A stretch of DNA of 64,000 nt, taken from assembly GCA_016748015.1 (NCBI GenBank), contig JAAOMT010000129.1, forward strand, positions 682,001-746,000, written 5' to 3'. The notes beneath the pieces were generated by a model. That model saw only the letters and a list, made by a program, of their open reading frames with translations. It searched no databases and was not told where the DNA came from. The position numbers and the translations under genes were made by a program. Source of the stretch: Geosiphon pyriformis uo1. Its lineage: Eukaryota > Fungi > Glomeromycota. Shown here piece after piece: positions 25,401 to 38,922 of the stretch. The stretch's first letter is position 1; each line of letters begins with the position of its first letter.

Positions 25401-28400
25401 TTATCCTCAATAGTCAATGCCACATGAACTGAATCCTTACCCATAAGAACAGACCACATAGAAACAACTAAACTAGCTATTTCCGATGAATCAAACTCCA
25501 CTAAAGCTTTTTGCCCCAAGCCAATAAGCTGTATTTTGATTGAAATGATCTTACCAAATTTGGAAAAAACTGATTCCACAGCCAATTTTGGAAGATCAAC
25601 TGGAATCTTCTTGACAATTATCTTCTGATTCAAATGAATATTTGCTTTTCTCAGATTATTATTAACTAAAATTTTCCCATTGACAGCCAATTTTTTAGCC
25701 TTATTCAGACTAATTTTAGAAGTAAAAGAGGATCTGATGATCTCAGGAAACTTTGAGGAAGTAGAGGCTCCCCCAAAACCATTCACTCGATAAAAAATTT
25801 TTTAATTGAAATCAACTTATTATTATTAGTCTTTCCAGGCACATTTGACAACTTTACATTCAAGGTGAACAATTTAACTGGTTCAAAGGCGTGACGTTTC
25901 AAAACACATAAAATCACAGATGGCAGCCAATTAGATCCAACAAATTTAGCTCCAGGAAGCACCAATTCAGTATTGTCGTCACTCATGCTTGCGAAAGAAA
26001 TTGCCTTTGGCAGCCATTCCAAAATGAAGGTTTTTGTTCGTATTTTCCTAGGAGTCATATGTCTTTTATTTCATCAGTCTCAGAAGCATTGGGATCCATG
26101 TAACTCGTCTTCTTAGCAATCGTGCTTTCCAAATTTTTGGCATCTGACACTTTACTAACACCTACTTCTTCACTATTCACCTTGCTTTCCCAAGATTTCT
26201 GCAGCCCAACACCATCACTATGTAATATACTCACCAAGAGCAGACTGTTCAACAAGTCCACAATGCCATCAGAGACACCAGACAACTTCGTTTTTTTGTA
26301 TGAAAGACCACACAAGTATACACTCTCAACACACGCTTTAATTTTTTTGCTGCCAGACCAGGACCCCAACCCAGCCGAATTCGAACTCAAAGTGCCAGCA
26401 GAAGAGCTCACTGAATCTATAAGCACAAATAGAAGTACATTTAAAAAAATAACAAAAGGAACAAAGAGAAAAAAAGATAAGGAAGGCTATCTTTTCGACA
26501 ACTCCAAGCTTTTATTGTGATTAGGAGATCTTGGTTATTTATTTAATTATTTATTATTAAATTTGCAAATTTCTGATTAAATTTCAAAAAGTTTATTGTA
26601 ATTTCTTATTAAATTAAATTTTAATTCAATTAAAAATTTTTTAATTAATATAGTAAAATTTTTTTGAATTATGAAATTTTTTTATAAACAATTTATTTAA
26701 TATATTTTAAAATATTATTTATTTTTTAATATTTAATATTCTAAATATTTTCTGTATTATAATATAATTTATTCTTTAAAAAACTAGTTTTTTGGTGCTG
26801 TAAATATTTTTAAATAATTTTAATATTATTGTAGTTTTTAAAATTTATTGTTTATTGCTGTTTTTATTAAATTAATAAGCTAATTATTTTGATTTTAATA
26901 TTGTTTTATTTTTAAAAAACTAAGTTTATATAATTTAATTATAGTTAAAAATGTAGATTTAAGTATTAAAGTTCAAATTTGGTTTGGTTTTATCTATTTT
27001 AGTTAAATTACAAACTATTGTATTAATACTAAAGTATACTTTTCTTTTTTGTACAGTTATAATAATATTAAATAATATAAGCAGTTCTGAATTATATTCT
27101 TTAAAACTGGTTTTGGTTTTATTAAACTTTATAATTACTGTTAGATAAAATAATATTATATTATAAATATTAAAAAAAAATCATGTATGTCTTGGTTTAA
27201 AGTTAAAAATTATTTTAATGTTTCTAATAATAACAAGATTAATAAATTAGTTAATATTATATTTTTTTTCAAATATAAAGCTTTTAATTAACATTTAGAA
27301 AAATTTTTTAAAAACAAATAATATATGTGTATTTAAAAATATAAGATATTTTATTTATATGATTTTTTAAATAATTTATTATATTTGTTAAAAAATTAGT
27401 TTTGATATTAAAATCTTAAACTGTAATCTGATTAAAAATATTAATTAGATTAAATTGTCTTTAGTATAATATTTTAACTTTTATATAACAATTAATTTCT
27501 AAATTAAATTATTGTAAATGCTTATTTTTATTTTATAAAAGTCTCATATTGTTAATTATTTATAATTTTTTGCAAATATTTATATAATAAACAATATTAT
27601 AATATATTGTATTTTTTTTATAATAATTTAAAACTTTTTAATTATTTTTTTTTGTGTAATAGACTTTATTGTTTATAAAAATTTATTAAATTTACAGACT
27701 GTTATATAAAAAATTTTTTTTGGTTTGTATAAATTTTTATTATATGTGTCTTAATTAAAATTTTCATGTTTTTTAAATATTATTATATATATAACTTTGT
27801 GTAAGAATTTTGTTTTTAAAGATTAATACATAAAATTTCTTTTTGTTTTCAAAATTTTAAGATTATTATTACCAAAATTATGAGTTTTGTGTATAATTTG
27901 TATTTAATACATAGAAATAAAATCTGGTTTGTTTATTTCAAATATTAATCTATTATAAAAAAATTGGATTTAATTTTATTAGACAGCTTAGTGCTTTTTT
28001 TTATTAATAATTTTTTTATTTGTGTTATTTAATGACATAATTAAGTTACTTAAAATAGTCAAGACTTTTAATATTAATTTTAGTATACATATTTTGTGTT
28101 TATTTTTTTTAAGTATTAAAAATAGAATTTCTGTTTATATAGAGATTTAATATTATTTTAATTGGTTTAAATAATTAATTATATATAATTTATATTTAGT
28201 TTAGATTACTTAGTTTAATATATTTTATTAGATAGTATTTAAATTTTATTTATTAAATATAAAAAAAAACAATTAATATATTATTATTTAAAAAAAATAG
28301 TTTTAAATATTTATTAATTTTTAAAAAAAATAATTTGATTTTTAAATTATTTATTAGTAGTTTTTTAAAAAAAATAAGAAATAAATTTTTATATTTTGGC

Positions 28401-30727
28401 TGTATTTTATTTGTTTATATTTTTTTTATTTTATTTTATTAGTTATTTTAAGAAATTAGTTTTAGTATTTTTTTTAAAAATTCTAAAATTTTTGTAATAT
28501 AAAAAATAATTAAATAGTAAAATAAATATTTAAACTTAAATAAGTAAAACAAAATAATATAATTATAAATAATAATTTGTCATTAATTTTTTGTTTAAGT
28601 ATTTATAAGTTTTTAATAATTATTTTTAAATTATTTAATTATTATTTTTGGTTTTTTTTTGTTGCTAATTTTTGGTTTAAATTTTAAATTAAGTAGAAAT
28701 TAAGAATTAACAATATTTTTTTACAAAATTAAATAATATTATAATTAAGTTAAAAATAAATATTAAATGTTTTATAATTGCAATTTTTTGTTTTTTTATA
28801 AATATAATATATAAAATTTTTATAGAAATTATATTTTATTTCAGAATATTGTAGTTTTTAAAAAAATAATTATTAATATAATTTTTAAAATATTGGTAAA
28901 ATATTTTTTTTAAAAATTATAATTTTATTTTAAATATTAAAATTTTGTTTACAATAAATATAAATTAATTAATAATATATAATATTATTATATTAAAAAT
29001 AAATATTACTTTAAATAAATTTTTGTTATATTAATTCTAAAAAAAGCATTTAATATTATCAGAAAATTTTGATATTTTTATTTGTTATTAATAATATTAA
29101 ATTTGTTGTTAATAAAAATCACTAAGTTAATTTATTATTAAAGTATAAAAAATACTTTAAATTATTTATGCTATTAAATTTATAATAAGATAATTAATTT
29201 TAGATTAATTATTTTATGTAGTTATTTTGTAATAAAAATTAATTTTTTTACAAAATTTTTTAATTGTAAGCTTTTTAATATATAGTCATTTTGTAGTAAA
29301 AATCAATTCGTTTATAGAAAATTTTTGACTATAAACTACTTAAAAATAAAATAAAATAAAATATTTTAAGAAAAACATTTTTTGTTAAAATTAATTAAAA
29401 TTAATAATTAAATAACTTTAAAATATTAGTCAAAATTTGTGAATTTTAAAACGGTTTTAATAATAAAAAAAAGTTGGTTTTTAAAATTAAAATTATTTGT
29501 TAATTTTATTTATAACTAATTTAATATATTAAATTTAAAGTAAGATAAAATACATTTTTTTTTAAAAAAAACTTTTTTTTATATAGCTTTTTGTAATATT
29601 ATTTTGAGTTTTAACACTTTTTTTTATTAATATTTTAATTATTTTAGCAAATTATTGAGTATTTTAGTAAATTATTATGTTTTAGTAAATTTTTAAATAT
29701 TATATAATTTAAAATATTAATAATTTAATTATTGTATTTTAATTATATATTAATAAACTAAATTATTAATTAAATAATAAGTAATAAATTAAAAATAATA
29801 TTATATGTTAATTAATAATAAAAATTATGTTATTTAATAATTCAATTTTTATTTAATAATATTATAATACTTTTAAAACCAAATTAAATTTTCTTTGACT
29901 GTTTTTAAAATTAATAAGTTGATTTTTTAAATTTGCAATTATCTTTGTTTTATTTTTATTTTTTTATTTTTGTTTAATAATTAAAATATATATATATTAC
30001 TTTTGGTTTTTATAAGAATTTAAAAGCTGTAATTAAAAAAACAAATACTTTAAAAAAGTGTTTTATTTAATAAAAAATCTTTAATTATTAATATTATTTT
30101 AAATATTAAGATTTAGATTTTTTGGTTATTGATTATAAAATATTTTTATTTTTATTTAAATTTATAAATAACTTCAAAGTTTTAAATCTTATTTTATTAA
30201 TATTAAATTTTACATTAATATTTTATTTTATTGGCTTTTTATGTTATTATATCTTTAAATATTTTTGTTATTACTGTTATTGTAAAAGTTTTGTTAATTT
30301 TTTTAAAGTTTAAGTTAATTATATTAATTTTGTTAATTAAATCTATTATTTAATGCTTTGATTTTTTATATAAAATATCTGTTTAGAATAAACTTTTATA
30401 TATAAATTTAATTTAATTTAATTTTAATTAACTTAAATAATTAATTATATGTAAAAAATACATAAATTATAGCTATTTGTAAAATTATTGAATTTTATAT
30501 CATGATTAATAATTAGATTATACTTTGTTATTTATTTAATAATAAAATTAATAAAACCAAAAATATAATATAATTATGCAAATATTATAATTGAAAATAA
30601 ACTTTTTAAAAAATAATTGCAAAAATAATTACAACTTTTAATTATAATAATAAATATAGGTAAATCATAAATAAAAAATAATATATTTGATAAATCAACA
30701 TTAGTTTACAAACTTGGTTTGGATTGT

Positions 30728-30764
30728 AGCCAATCAGGCAATCAGTGTTGATCATTACCAATCA
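30728..30764 (+). promoter_or_regulatory. Two CCAAT boxes upstream of CRM1
   Basis: AGCCAATCAG (CCAAT 30730-30734) and ACCAATCA (CCAAT 30758-30762), 110-140 nt before the ATG, at the edge of the CpG-retaining island. Confidence 0.4.
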
Positions 30765-30869
30765 ACCTCATTCACAGTCACAAAATAACAGTCACGAAAG
30801 TGAATTGTACGCAATATATGTTTTTCTGTAACAATTCCCTTCTTGATTACACCCGACAGAAAATTAATT

Positions 30870-33800
30870 ATGGAGGTATGTTCAATTGCGTTCTTACTTT
30901 TACCTTAGTTTTTAAGCAGTATGTGCTGCTCAAACTAAGAAACGTTGATCGACACGCGTTTTCTGGTAACATGTGCTTTCATTCAAGAGCATTCTAGACT
31001 TTTCGCAAGAACTTGACGTTCCAAAACTCGATGCCGTAGTCAAGGCTTTCTATTCTGGAGCTGGCGCGGAGGTTTATAAGACTCCTACGTTTTTAAAGAA
31101 AATTATTTCACACTTCTGTTTGCCATTTCCTATTGTCCTTACAATCAAATAATTTTTTAAATTTCAGCAACAAATTGCTCAACAGGTTCTTACACGTTTT
31201 CAAGAACATCCGGAAGCATGGTTGAGGGTTGATGCGATTCTTGAGAAATCACAGTTTTCTTATACCAAGGTTTTTGAGCATTTCACCAATTTAAAAATAC
31301 TTGATCCAAAAATATTACTGATTTTTACCTTGCATATAGTATATTGCTCTTCAAATTCTCGAAAAACTCATACAAACGCGTTGGAAAATTCTTCCTGCCG
31401 ATCAACAAATGGGCATGTGATTGATAGAATTGATCTTTCCTTGATTACCCCTAATTGACTTGCTGGCTCACTAAAGTTCTCGGTGATCTATAGGGATTCG
31501 TAATTATATAGTTAATATAATTCTAAAAACCTCGGAAAGTGAGCAATCACTTCGGAAGGAAAAAACATACCTAAATAAACTAAACTTGATACTGGTGCAG
31601 GTGAGTTTAATTTTTTGGATTCATCACAATAATTATTCATTGTATTTATCAGGACCTTTAATTTATATAGATACTTAAACAAGAATGGCCCCATAATTGG
31701 CCCCAATTCATCCCAGAAATTGTTGCAACCGGAAGGCAAAATTTAGTCATTTGCGAGAACAACATGGCTATTTTGAAACTGCTCAGGTATAAAATTTTTC
31801 AGAATTTTTTGAAATCATTTTTAAATCCTTATATCATTCATCTTTTGGTTATCCACAGCGAAGAAATATTTGATTACTCAGCGGAGCAGATGACGCAACT
31901 AAAAACAAAAAATTTGAAAACGCAGATGTGTCAAGAATTTGGAAAAATATTCGAACTGTGTAATGAAGTATTAGAAAAAGCTCAACAGCCCAGCCTTATC
32001 AAAGCAACTCTTGAAACCCTATTAAGATTTCTAAATTGGATTCCTCTTGGGTACATCTTCGAGACTACTATTATTGACTCATTGCGTAGTAGGGTAACGT
32101 CACGTCTTTTAGTTCTCACGTAATGGTTACGCATCGAACCACCACAGCCTTAACCAGTTTTGCAGTTCTTGGAAATTCCAGAATACAGAAATGTGACACT
32201 AAAGTGCTTGACGGAAATCGGCGCACTACAAGTAGACCCACAATACAACGAAAAATTTGTCATCCTATTTGATCTGGTGGTATCAGCTGTTTCTGCCATG
32301 ATCCCACCAAATACAGGTTTGTTCTATAGTTTGTTGAATAAATATATATTTCTCTTGAGTCTTATTTATATTCACCTTACTTCCCACAGATATTGCCACT
32401 ATTTACCAGAACAGTTCGAATGAAGAGCAAGAATTTATTCAGAATCTGGCCCTTTTTTTCACTGGGTTTCTCAGCTCTCATCTAAAAGTATATTTGAGCT
32501 TAATACCGATTCTCTCTATTTTTGAATTGTCCCATAGTTTATAGTTTACTCGATATATTCAGATACTGGAAACTCCACAAAGTCATCAAAATCTACAAAG
32601 AGCGCACTACTATCTTCTCTATATCACTCAAGTCGAAGAACGAGAGGTATTCAAAGTGTGCTTAGAATACTGGACCAAGCTGGTAAGTTTATGTTTTTAC
32701 GGTTTTCCGGAATTTCGGGGTTTCAAATTATTTACCCTTATAAAATCAAGGTTGCTGAACTATATGAAGAAATCCAACAACTGCCTAATTATGATATACC
32801 ATTAGTCGCACTATCTCCGGGTATTAACCCCTCGGGTCAGCTTGGTAATCTCCCATTAAGAAAACATATCTACGTTGATATACTCTCTGCTCTACGGACC
32901 GTGATGATCGACCGTATGGTTAAACCAGAAGAGGCATGATAATTTATAATCATTTGGCAACAATCTGAATTTTCTTCATGGTCACACTCATTTCTTATTC
33001 AATTGATTATAGGTTCTTATCGTTGAAAACGACGAAGGAGAAATCGTGCGCGAATTCATGAAAGACAGTGATACAATCACTTTGTATAAGAGCATGCGCG
33101 AATGTCTTGTATACCTTACTCATTTGGACGTCCAAAATACTGAGCTAATTATGTCGGAGAAATTGAATAAACAGGTTTAAAAATTTCCATGTGCGTTCAC
33201 TTAAGATGCGAAATTCATTACCGAATATCATACAAACCGTATTTATTCAACAGGTTGATGGTTCTGAATGGTCATGGGCCAATCTCAACAAACTCTGTTG
33301 GGCAATTGGCTCGATATCAGGCGCAATGAGTATGAAAATTAAATTCTTCCCTAGTTTGTTAAGACTTCCAACGTTATTAATATATTTCCTACAATCAGAT
33401 GAAGATACCGAAAAAAGATTTTTGGTGACGGTTATCAAAGAACTTCTTAGTCTTTGCGAAGCAAAACGTGGAAAAGATAACAAGGCTATTGTGGCGTCTA
33501 ATATTATGTATATTGTTGGACAATATCCTCGTTTTCTCAAAGCCCATTGGAAATTTTTAAAAACCGTCGTCAATAAGCTTTTTGAATTTATGCACGAAAC
33601 ACATGAGGGCATGGATTTCTTATTAGAATTTTATTTTATTTTCTCAATTATAAAAACTGACTCAATATTTAAATATAGGTGTACAGGATATGGCTTGCGA
33701 TACTTTTATAAAAATAGCTCAAAAGTGCCGGCGTCAATTTGTCACTCAACAAGCAGGAGAACTCTATCCATTTATTGATGAAATAATTGGTACAATCGAC

Positions 33801-35676
33801 AAAATTACCCAGGACTTATCATATCAGCAGGTGAAATATTTGATTTTTATTTGAATGATTTTATTATGAAGTAAGCACATAAAACTAACTTCTTTATCTT
33901 CGAAAAGGTTCAAACTTTCTATGAAGCAGTTGGGTATATGGTTTCTGCACAGACCCAAAAAGTTGTTCAAGAACGGTTGATTAAATCATTGATGGAACAG
34001 CCTAATATGGCGGTATGTGAAGATTTCTATTTTTATATTGGCTTAAAAATATTTTTCCTTTTTAATCGAAGACCTTTGTCAGTGGGATCAACGAATCAAC
34101 GAAATCAGTCAAAATCTGGCATTACTTGATGTTCCCGACAATGTTAAAATGCTTGGTCACATTCTCAAAACCAACGTGGCAGCATGTAGCTCCATTGGTG
34201 CAGGTTATTTAATCCAGCTAGAGAGAATATATTTTGCTTTATTACAGTTATATCAATACGTAAGCAAACGGATATCAAACACAATAATTGACCAAGGTAT
34301 GGCTTATTTACTTGTTTTTATTTATCAATAATGTATTCAGATAGTATTTTCACTATATGTAGGTTTAGTTGCTACAAAAACACCGCGAATACGAGGTTGG
34401 AGAACAATCAAAAAGGAAACTCTCAAATTGATGGAAACATACATCAATAAAGCTGAAGATCTCGATACAGTTGCTACACAAATGTTACCCACATTTTTCG
34501 AAGCTGTACTGATCGACTATAATTTAAATGTTGAACCTGCTAGAGATGCTGAAGTTCTTAGCGTAATGGCAACCATTATCACAAAGCTTGGGGTAAGCTC
34601 AAATAAAATCAATAGTTCCAAATTTGGATATCTAGCTCTGAATAAAATTTCCGTTACATTAAACATTTCTCACTGTCACCAGCCTTTAATCACCACCAAA
34701 GTTCCGAATATTCTCAGTGCTGTATTCGAATCCACTCTCAATATGATTAACAAGGACTTCTCCGAATACCCAGAACATCGTGTTGGCTTTTTTAAACTTA
34801 TTCGCTCAATCAATCTGAATTGCTTTGATGGTAAGCGTGTAAAAGTATCTCCAGTGACGATTCACCACTCCAAAATTTAATATATTTCTTTTGCAAATTA
34901 GCATTGCTTACATTACCACCAGCACAATTCAAGCTTATCATGGACAGTATTGTTTGGGCAATCAAGCATACGATGCGTGATATTGCGGATATTGGCCTAT
35001 TCATCTGTTTGGAATTGCTTAATAATGTATCTAATCAAGATATCAACACAGCTAATATGTTCTATCAACAGTATTTTCTTTGCCTGCTTCAGGATGTATT
35101 TTTTGTTTTGACGGATACCGACCACAAAAGCGGTAAGTCATTAACGAGAAATTAAGATGGCGAATCTTTTAGTCGATTTAAAGATATTTGGTATCTTAGG
35201 ATTTAAAATGCAAAGCATGGTACTTGCACGCATGTTCCATCTTGTGGAGACGGGAAGTGTTCAAGCGCCATTATTTAATCCGACTGAAATTAACGATCCT
35301 TCGATGACAAATCCACGATTCTTGAGAGAATATGTGATGAACCTACTGAAGAATGCCTTTCCTCACTTACAAACGTCTGTATCTATACATCTTTCATTGA
35401 ACTGTTTTCAACAGCTGACATTTTTTTCATTGTAATAGCACACAAATTCAAGTATTTGTCATGGGACTTTTTGAATTGAATCAGGACCACCCCAAATTTA
35501 AACTGCATTTGCGTGATTTTCTAATTCAATTGAAGGAGTTCGCCGGGGATAACACAGATCTTTACCTTGATGAACGAGAAGCAGAGATAGAACAGAAGAA
35601 AAAAGAAGAGATGGAAAGTGCCCTAAAAATTCCTGGTCTCGTAAAACCCTTTGATTTGCCGATGGATGAAGAATAG
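30870..35676 (+). CDS. CRM1: Exportin-1 (Crm1/Xpo1), about 22 exons
   Basis: Spliced translation ME|[24 protein letters not shown]...WLRVDAILE...[14 protein letters not shown]...MVKPEE|[10 protein letters not shown]...[12 protein letters not shown]...[12 protein letters not shown]...[29 protein letters not shown]|[10 protein letters not shown]...[11 protein letters not shown]...IPGLVKP; exon 1 is the 6-nt ATGGAG. Confidence 0.97.
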
Positions 35677-36437
35677 TTTCTCAAAATTCTCAAATATGGT
35701 ATGTATTCACCCGAGATTAAAAAAACTTAAAATCTATCAAGGTTTCTTTTGTGTATTAAAATTAAACAGATTGTGCTTGGTATGCCGGAAATTATCAATA
35801 TGGCAACGATAATTTATTGGGCCAGTCTCCTGAGCCCTGAAGGTATTTTTATTCTTCCGTGGAGGCTGTGGGCACTTGGATAATAAATAAAACTAGTTCT
35901 GGGCAATTTTCCCTCTAGACTGGATTGCGAGATTACTTATAAACCTAAAAAAATGTTGGACTCTCAATGAAACTAAAAAATTGTACCAAGGCGTTCCATC
36001 TCCACCATTATTTACACGATTTTCCCGCAACAATTATCAAAAAGTATCAGTTTCTGAAATACTATTTGCGTCTTGTTTTCCTTGGATCTATGTACAAAAC
36101 TGATTTCGCATGATCATCAGATATGTATATGTAATAAAGAATTCAAAACTAATGTAAAGAGGAGTAAGGAGAAAGATGAGATTGCGGAGATGATGACTTT
36201 TAATATCAAGGGGATAGATATGGAAAAAAAAAAGGAAATCAAAAGTATGTGCCAGAAAGAAATAGGTGCTTATCGCAAGATTCCTCGATGACATTGAATA
36301 GGGATATTTTCGCCATCGAGCTTGTTTCGCGAATCAATCTTGCACAAGATAAATTGGGAATTTTGCTCTATCCAAAAAATAAGATGCGCAACAATAAATA
36401 ATCCAGACGCATATAAATAATTAAATATTGATAGATT

Positions 36438-38174
36438 TCATTCAAAGAAAGCAGCGTCCAAATCCTGCGAACGTCTAATAGCGTCGGAACGCTTTTGTTC
36501 ACGTTGATCTTTAAGTGGCGCAGATATTCAAGAGCAGATTGGTGAGAAAAATCATGGAAAAATCATGAAATTTGGCCGCTTTCTTACTCTCAATCAGTTG
36601 ACGATTCCTTGACCTAATTACCTCTAGCATTCTGAAGTATCTGTCGTTCTGCTTGACGCTGCTCTGGGGATCTTTGAACACGGACACCTAAAGCACCATG
36701 AACAAGACGCTTGGCGACCATATCAGTAGTGACAGGGCGTGCACGAGGTTGAGCGTTATTTGGATCTATTATGATTGCAGTAATTTTGAGAGTTAGCCTA
36801 CCGTTAAAATAACCAACAATGGACCTGCCTTAATTATCCTGAATTTTCAAATAAACTTTAAAGAAGAGATAATGAGACTTACTTTTTTGAAGAAAATCAG
36901 TCGGACCATCATATGGCTTGACCTGTGCTAATTGATTGTTTACATTGTCTAAATAAGCTTTTCGAGCTTAAAACGAAAGAAAAGTCGAATTAAATATAGA
37001 CACAAGATAGTGATCAAAAAATATTTGATCTATGGATGGGAACTGAAAAGATATGGTCCAAAATCCATTTGACATACCGGTGGCAGGATGCTCAAATATT
37101 ATTAACGCACGTGTGTCATCCATCCATTTTATGCGATACCCACCACGCATGCTTTCGTATTCTTGAAAGATTTCGTGAAGGTGATGCGTTTTGAAAGATG
37201 CCGGAAATTCAAAAACATCCAGAATACGAGTTGAACCTTCATATGCGTCTAATTTGGAGAAGTTTACCTTTTAGTTAATTTGAAGAAATTTACGTTTTAA
37301 AATATGTCAAAAGGATAACAAACCTGGATCAAAATTAAATTCAATTTTACTACTTTTACTCTTTTTGTGACCTTTTTTAAATGGTCTAGTACCATTATCA
37401 GTTTTCTGCCCATCCAATTTTTGTTTGTCAGATTGCTGTCCATCTGCTTGTGTATAGAGGGACCCTTTAAGGTTCAGCTCACCATCAGCAAGTCTTTCCC
37501 ATTCCTCGACGCTTTGTTGTGATTGAAAATTTTCTGATGCAGCTGATGACGAGGAGGTTTCATAATATTGAACAGTGGGCTTGCTTTCAGTTCCGTTTTG
37601 GTTAATCGAGGTGCTTTCAAGGGAAATTGATAGTTTGTTAATTTCATCTGCAAAATTTCCGTCACTGCCCGAGTCACCACTTTCAGAACCAGCCTGACCA
37701 CCATTGCTATTTTGGCGCCTCCCTGATTTTGAATTTTTCTTGCCACTTTTTTGTGGTCTCTCGCCTCCTTTAGGAGGGTATTGCCTCAAAGATGTAGCGT
37801 CAAAATCACGACCTCTGGGTGTTCGGGATCCTTGCTCTTGTTGGGAATCTGAAGAAGAGGTAGAAGGCCCTCGAAAGGTGCCCCGACCTTTTCTGACGAC
37901 GCTAGAGTCTTGGTTGTCGGATTTGTCATAAAAGGAATTATCACCATTATCACCAAACGTGTACTGTTCTTCACCAGTGAGACTACGGCTTGGATTTTGA
38001 ACATAATCGCTTCCGGGTCTCCTAAAAGATTAGCAAATTATTTTTATAGATGAGACCATAACGTCCGCTTGTTTGGTGTTAGAAGAATGCTTGGATGCTG
38101 TTTATAACTACTTTATACCTCGTCTGGTCAGCTCCTGTCGGACTTGTTTCTGGAGAAGTGGTCGCAGAGGCCAT
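36438..38174 (-). CDS. R3HCC1/R3HCC1L (GIDRP88)-like RRM and coiled-coil protein, multi-exon
   Basis: Start MASATTSPETSPTG (ATG 38174); low-complexity N-half; RRM ILDVFEFPASFKTHHLHEIF...GYRIKWMDDTRALIIFEHPATA; C-term RPVTTDMVAKRLVHGALGVRV...ERQILQNAR; ends DLDAAFFE* (TGA 36440-36438). GT-AG junctions keep the frame. Confidence 0.8.
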
Positions 38175-38880
38175 CGTGTGAAACGAGTGAGTAGATGTTA
38201 AAGAAAGTCTAACTGTTAGATGGTGAAGGTTAAAGCTTCTCTTTTGACACGAACTTTTGGTTGAGTTCGACCAAGAAAGCCGATAAGATTCTTAGTGTGT
38301 GAAAATCAAGTTCTTATTTCGAAATTGGCCACACAAATGGCGCGAGCGGCAATGATTTTCCTAGAATGTAAAAGATTATTGTGGTTAGATCATTAAAAAC
38401 TAGCATCAGCTTCAATTCAGTTTCCACCAAATTTAAAGTTTTTAACCTAACTCCGCTATGTCAAATTCACTCATTAAAAAATTTTTTGTTTTGTATTGCG
38501 CAATAGTATTAAGTGAAATGGTTAACAGTTACGTGATTTTTTCGAGAAAAACGTCTACTCCATAAAAATGAGTAATTTGGAAATATTTTTAAAAAATTTT
38601 AGTGATGGAAATATCAAAATAGATTCAAGAAATACTTAAATAAAAATATATATGATTAAAGAATATCATTAGAATTTTAGAGTTTTAAAAATTATAACTG
38701 GTTGCAACTTTAGACCAAAAGTTGTAGTTCTTAAAAAAAACCAGTTACAACCATTTTGTAGTATTCTTTAATTAACAAAATCAGCTTTAATGGTAAAAGT
38801 CAAACATATAATTAAACCATGTGGTAACCAAATTTTTAACAAAAAAATTATAATTCAATATAAAATTGATATTAAGAATA

Positions 38881-38922
38881 TTTTTTTATTTGTTTAACGA
38901 AATGAGACCCAACGATAATCTA
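38881..38922 (-). mobile_element. Ultra-short 3' tip of the LINE family
   Basis: T-tract followed by tgtttaacgaaatgagacccaacgataatcta, resembling the copy 3 terminus tgtttaacaaataaagcccaatcattatcta. Confidence 0.45.

Larger units (their letters stand above)
18722..26533 (-). mobile_element. LINE copy 3 (divergent subfamily), full length, interrupted by a solo LTR
   Basis: T-rich tail at ~18722. ORF2 24464->18877 in fragments with APE/RT (AFVDDTIW)/RNase H motifs; ORF1 ~26426->24461; 5' end shared with copy 5. Confidence 0.92.

Noticed and set aside
26900-28200. Slightly less AT-rich tract that may be another eroded coding region
   Set aside because: No family motif could be recovered by eye, so it is left unannotated
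30122-30313. Hydrophobic F/I/L/N/K-rich ORFs in AT tracts (also 927-1124)
   Set aside because: Compositional artefacts of ~90% AT DNA
36073-36294. Small ORFs between CRM1 and the R3HCC1-like gene
   Set aside because: No recognisable homology; they lie in the convergent 3'UTR/terminator interval
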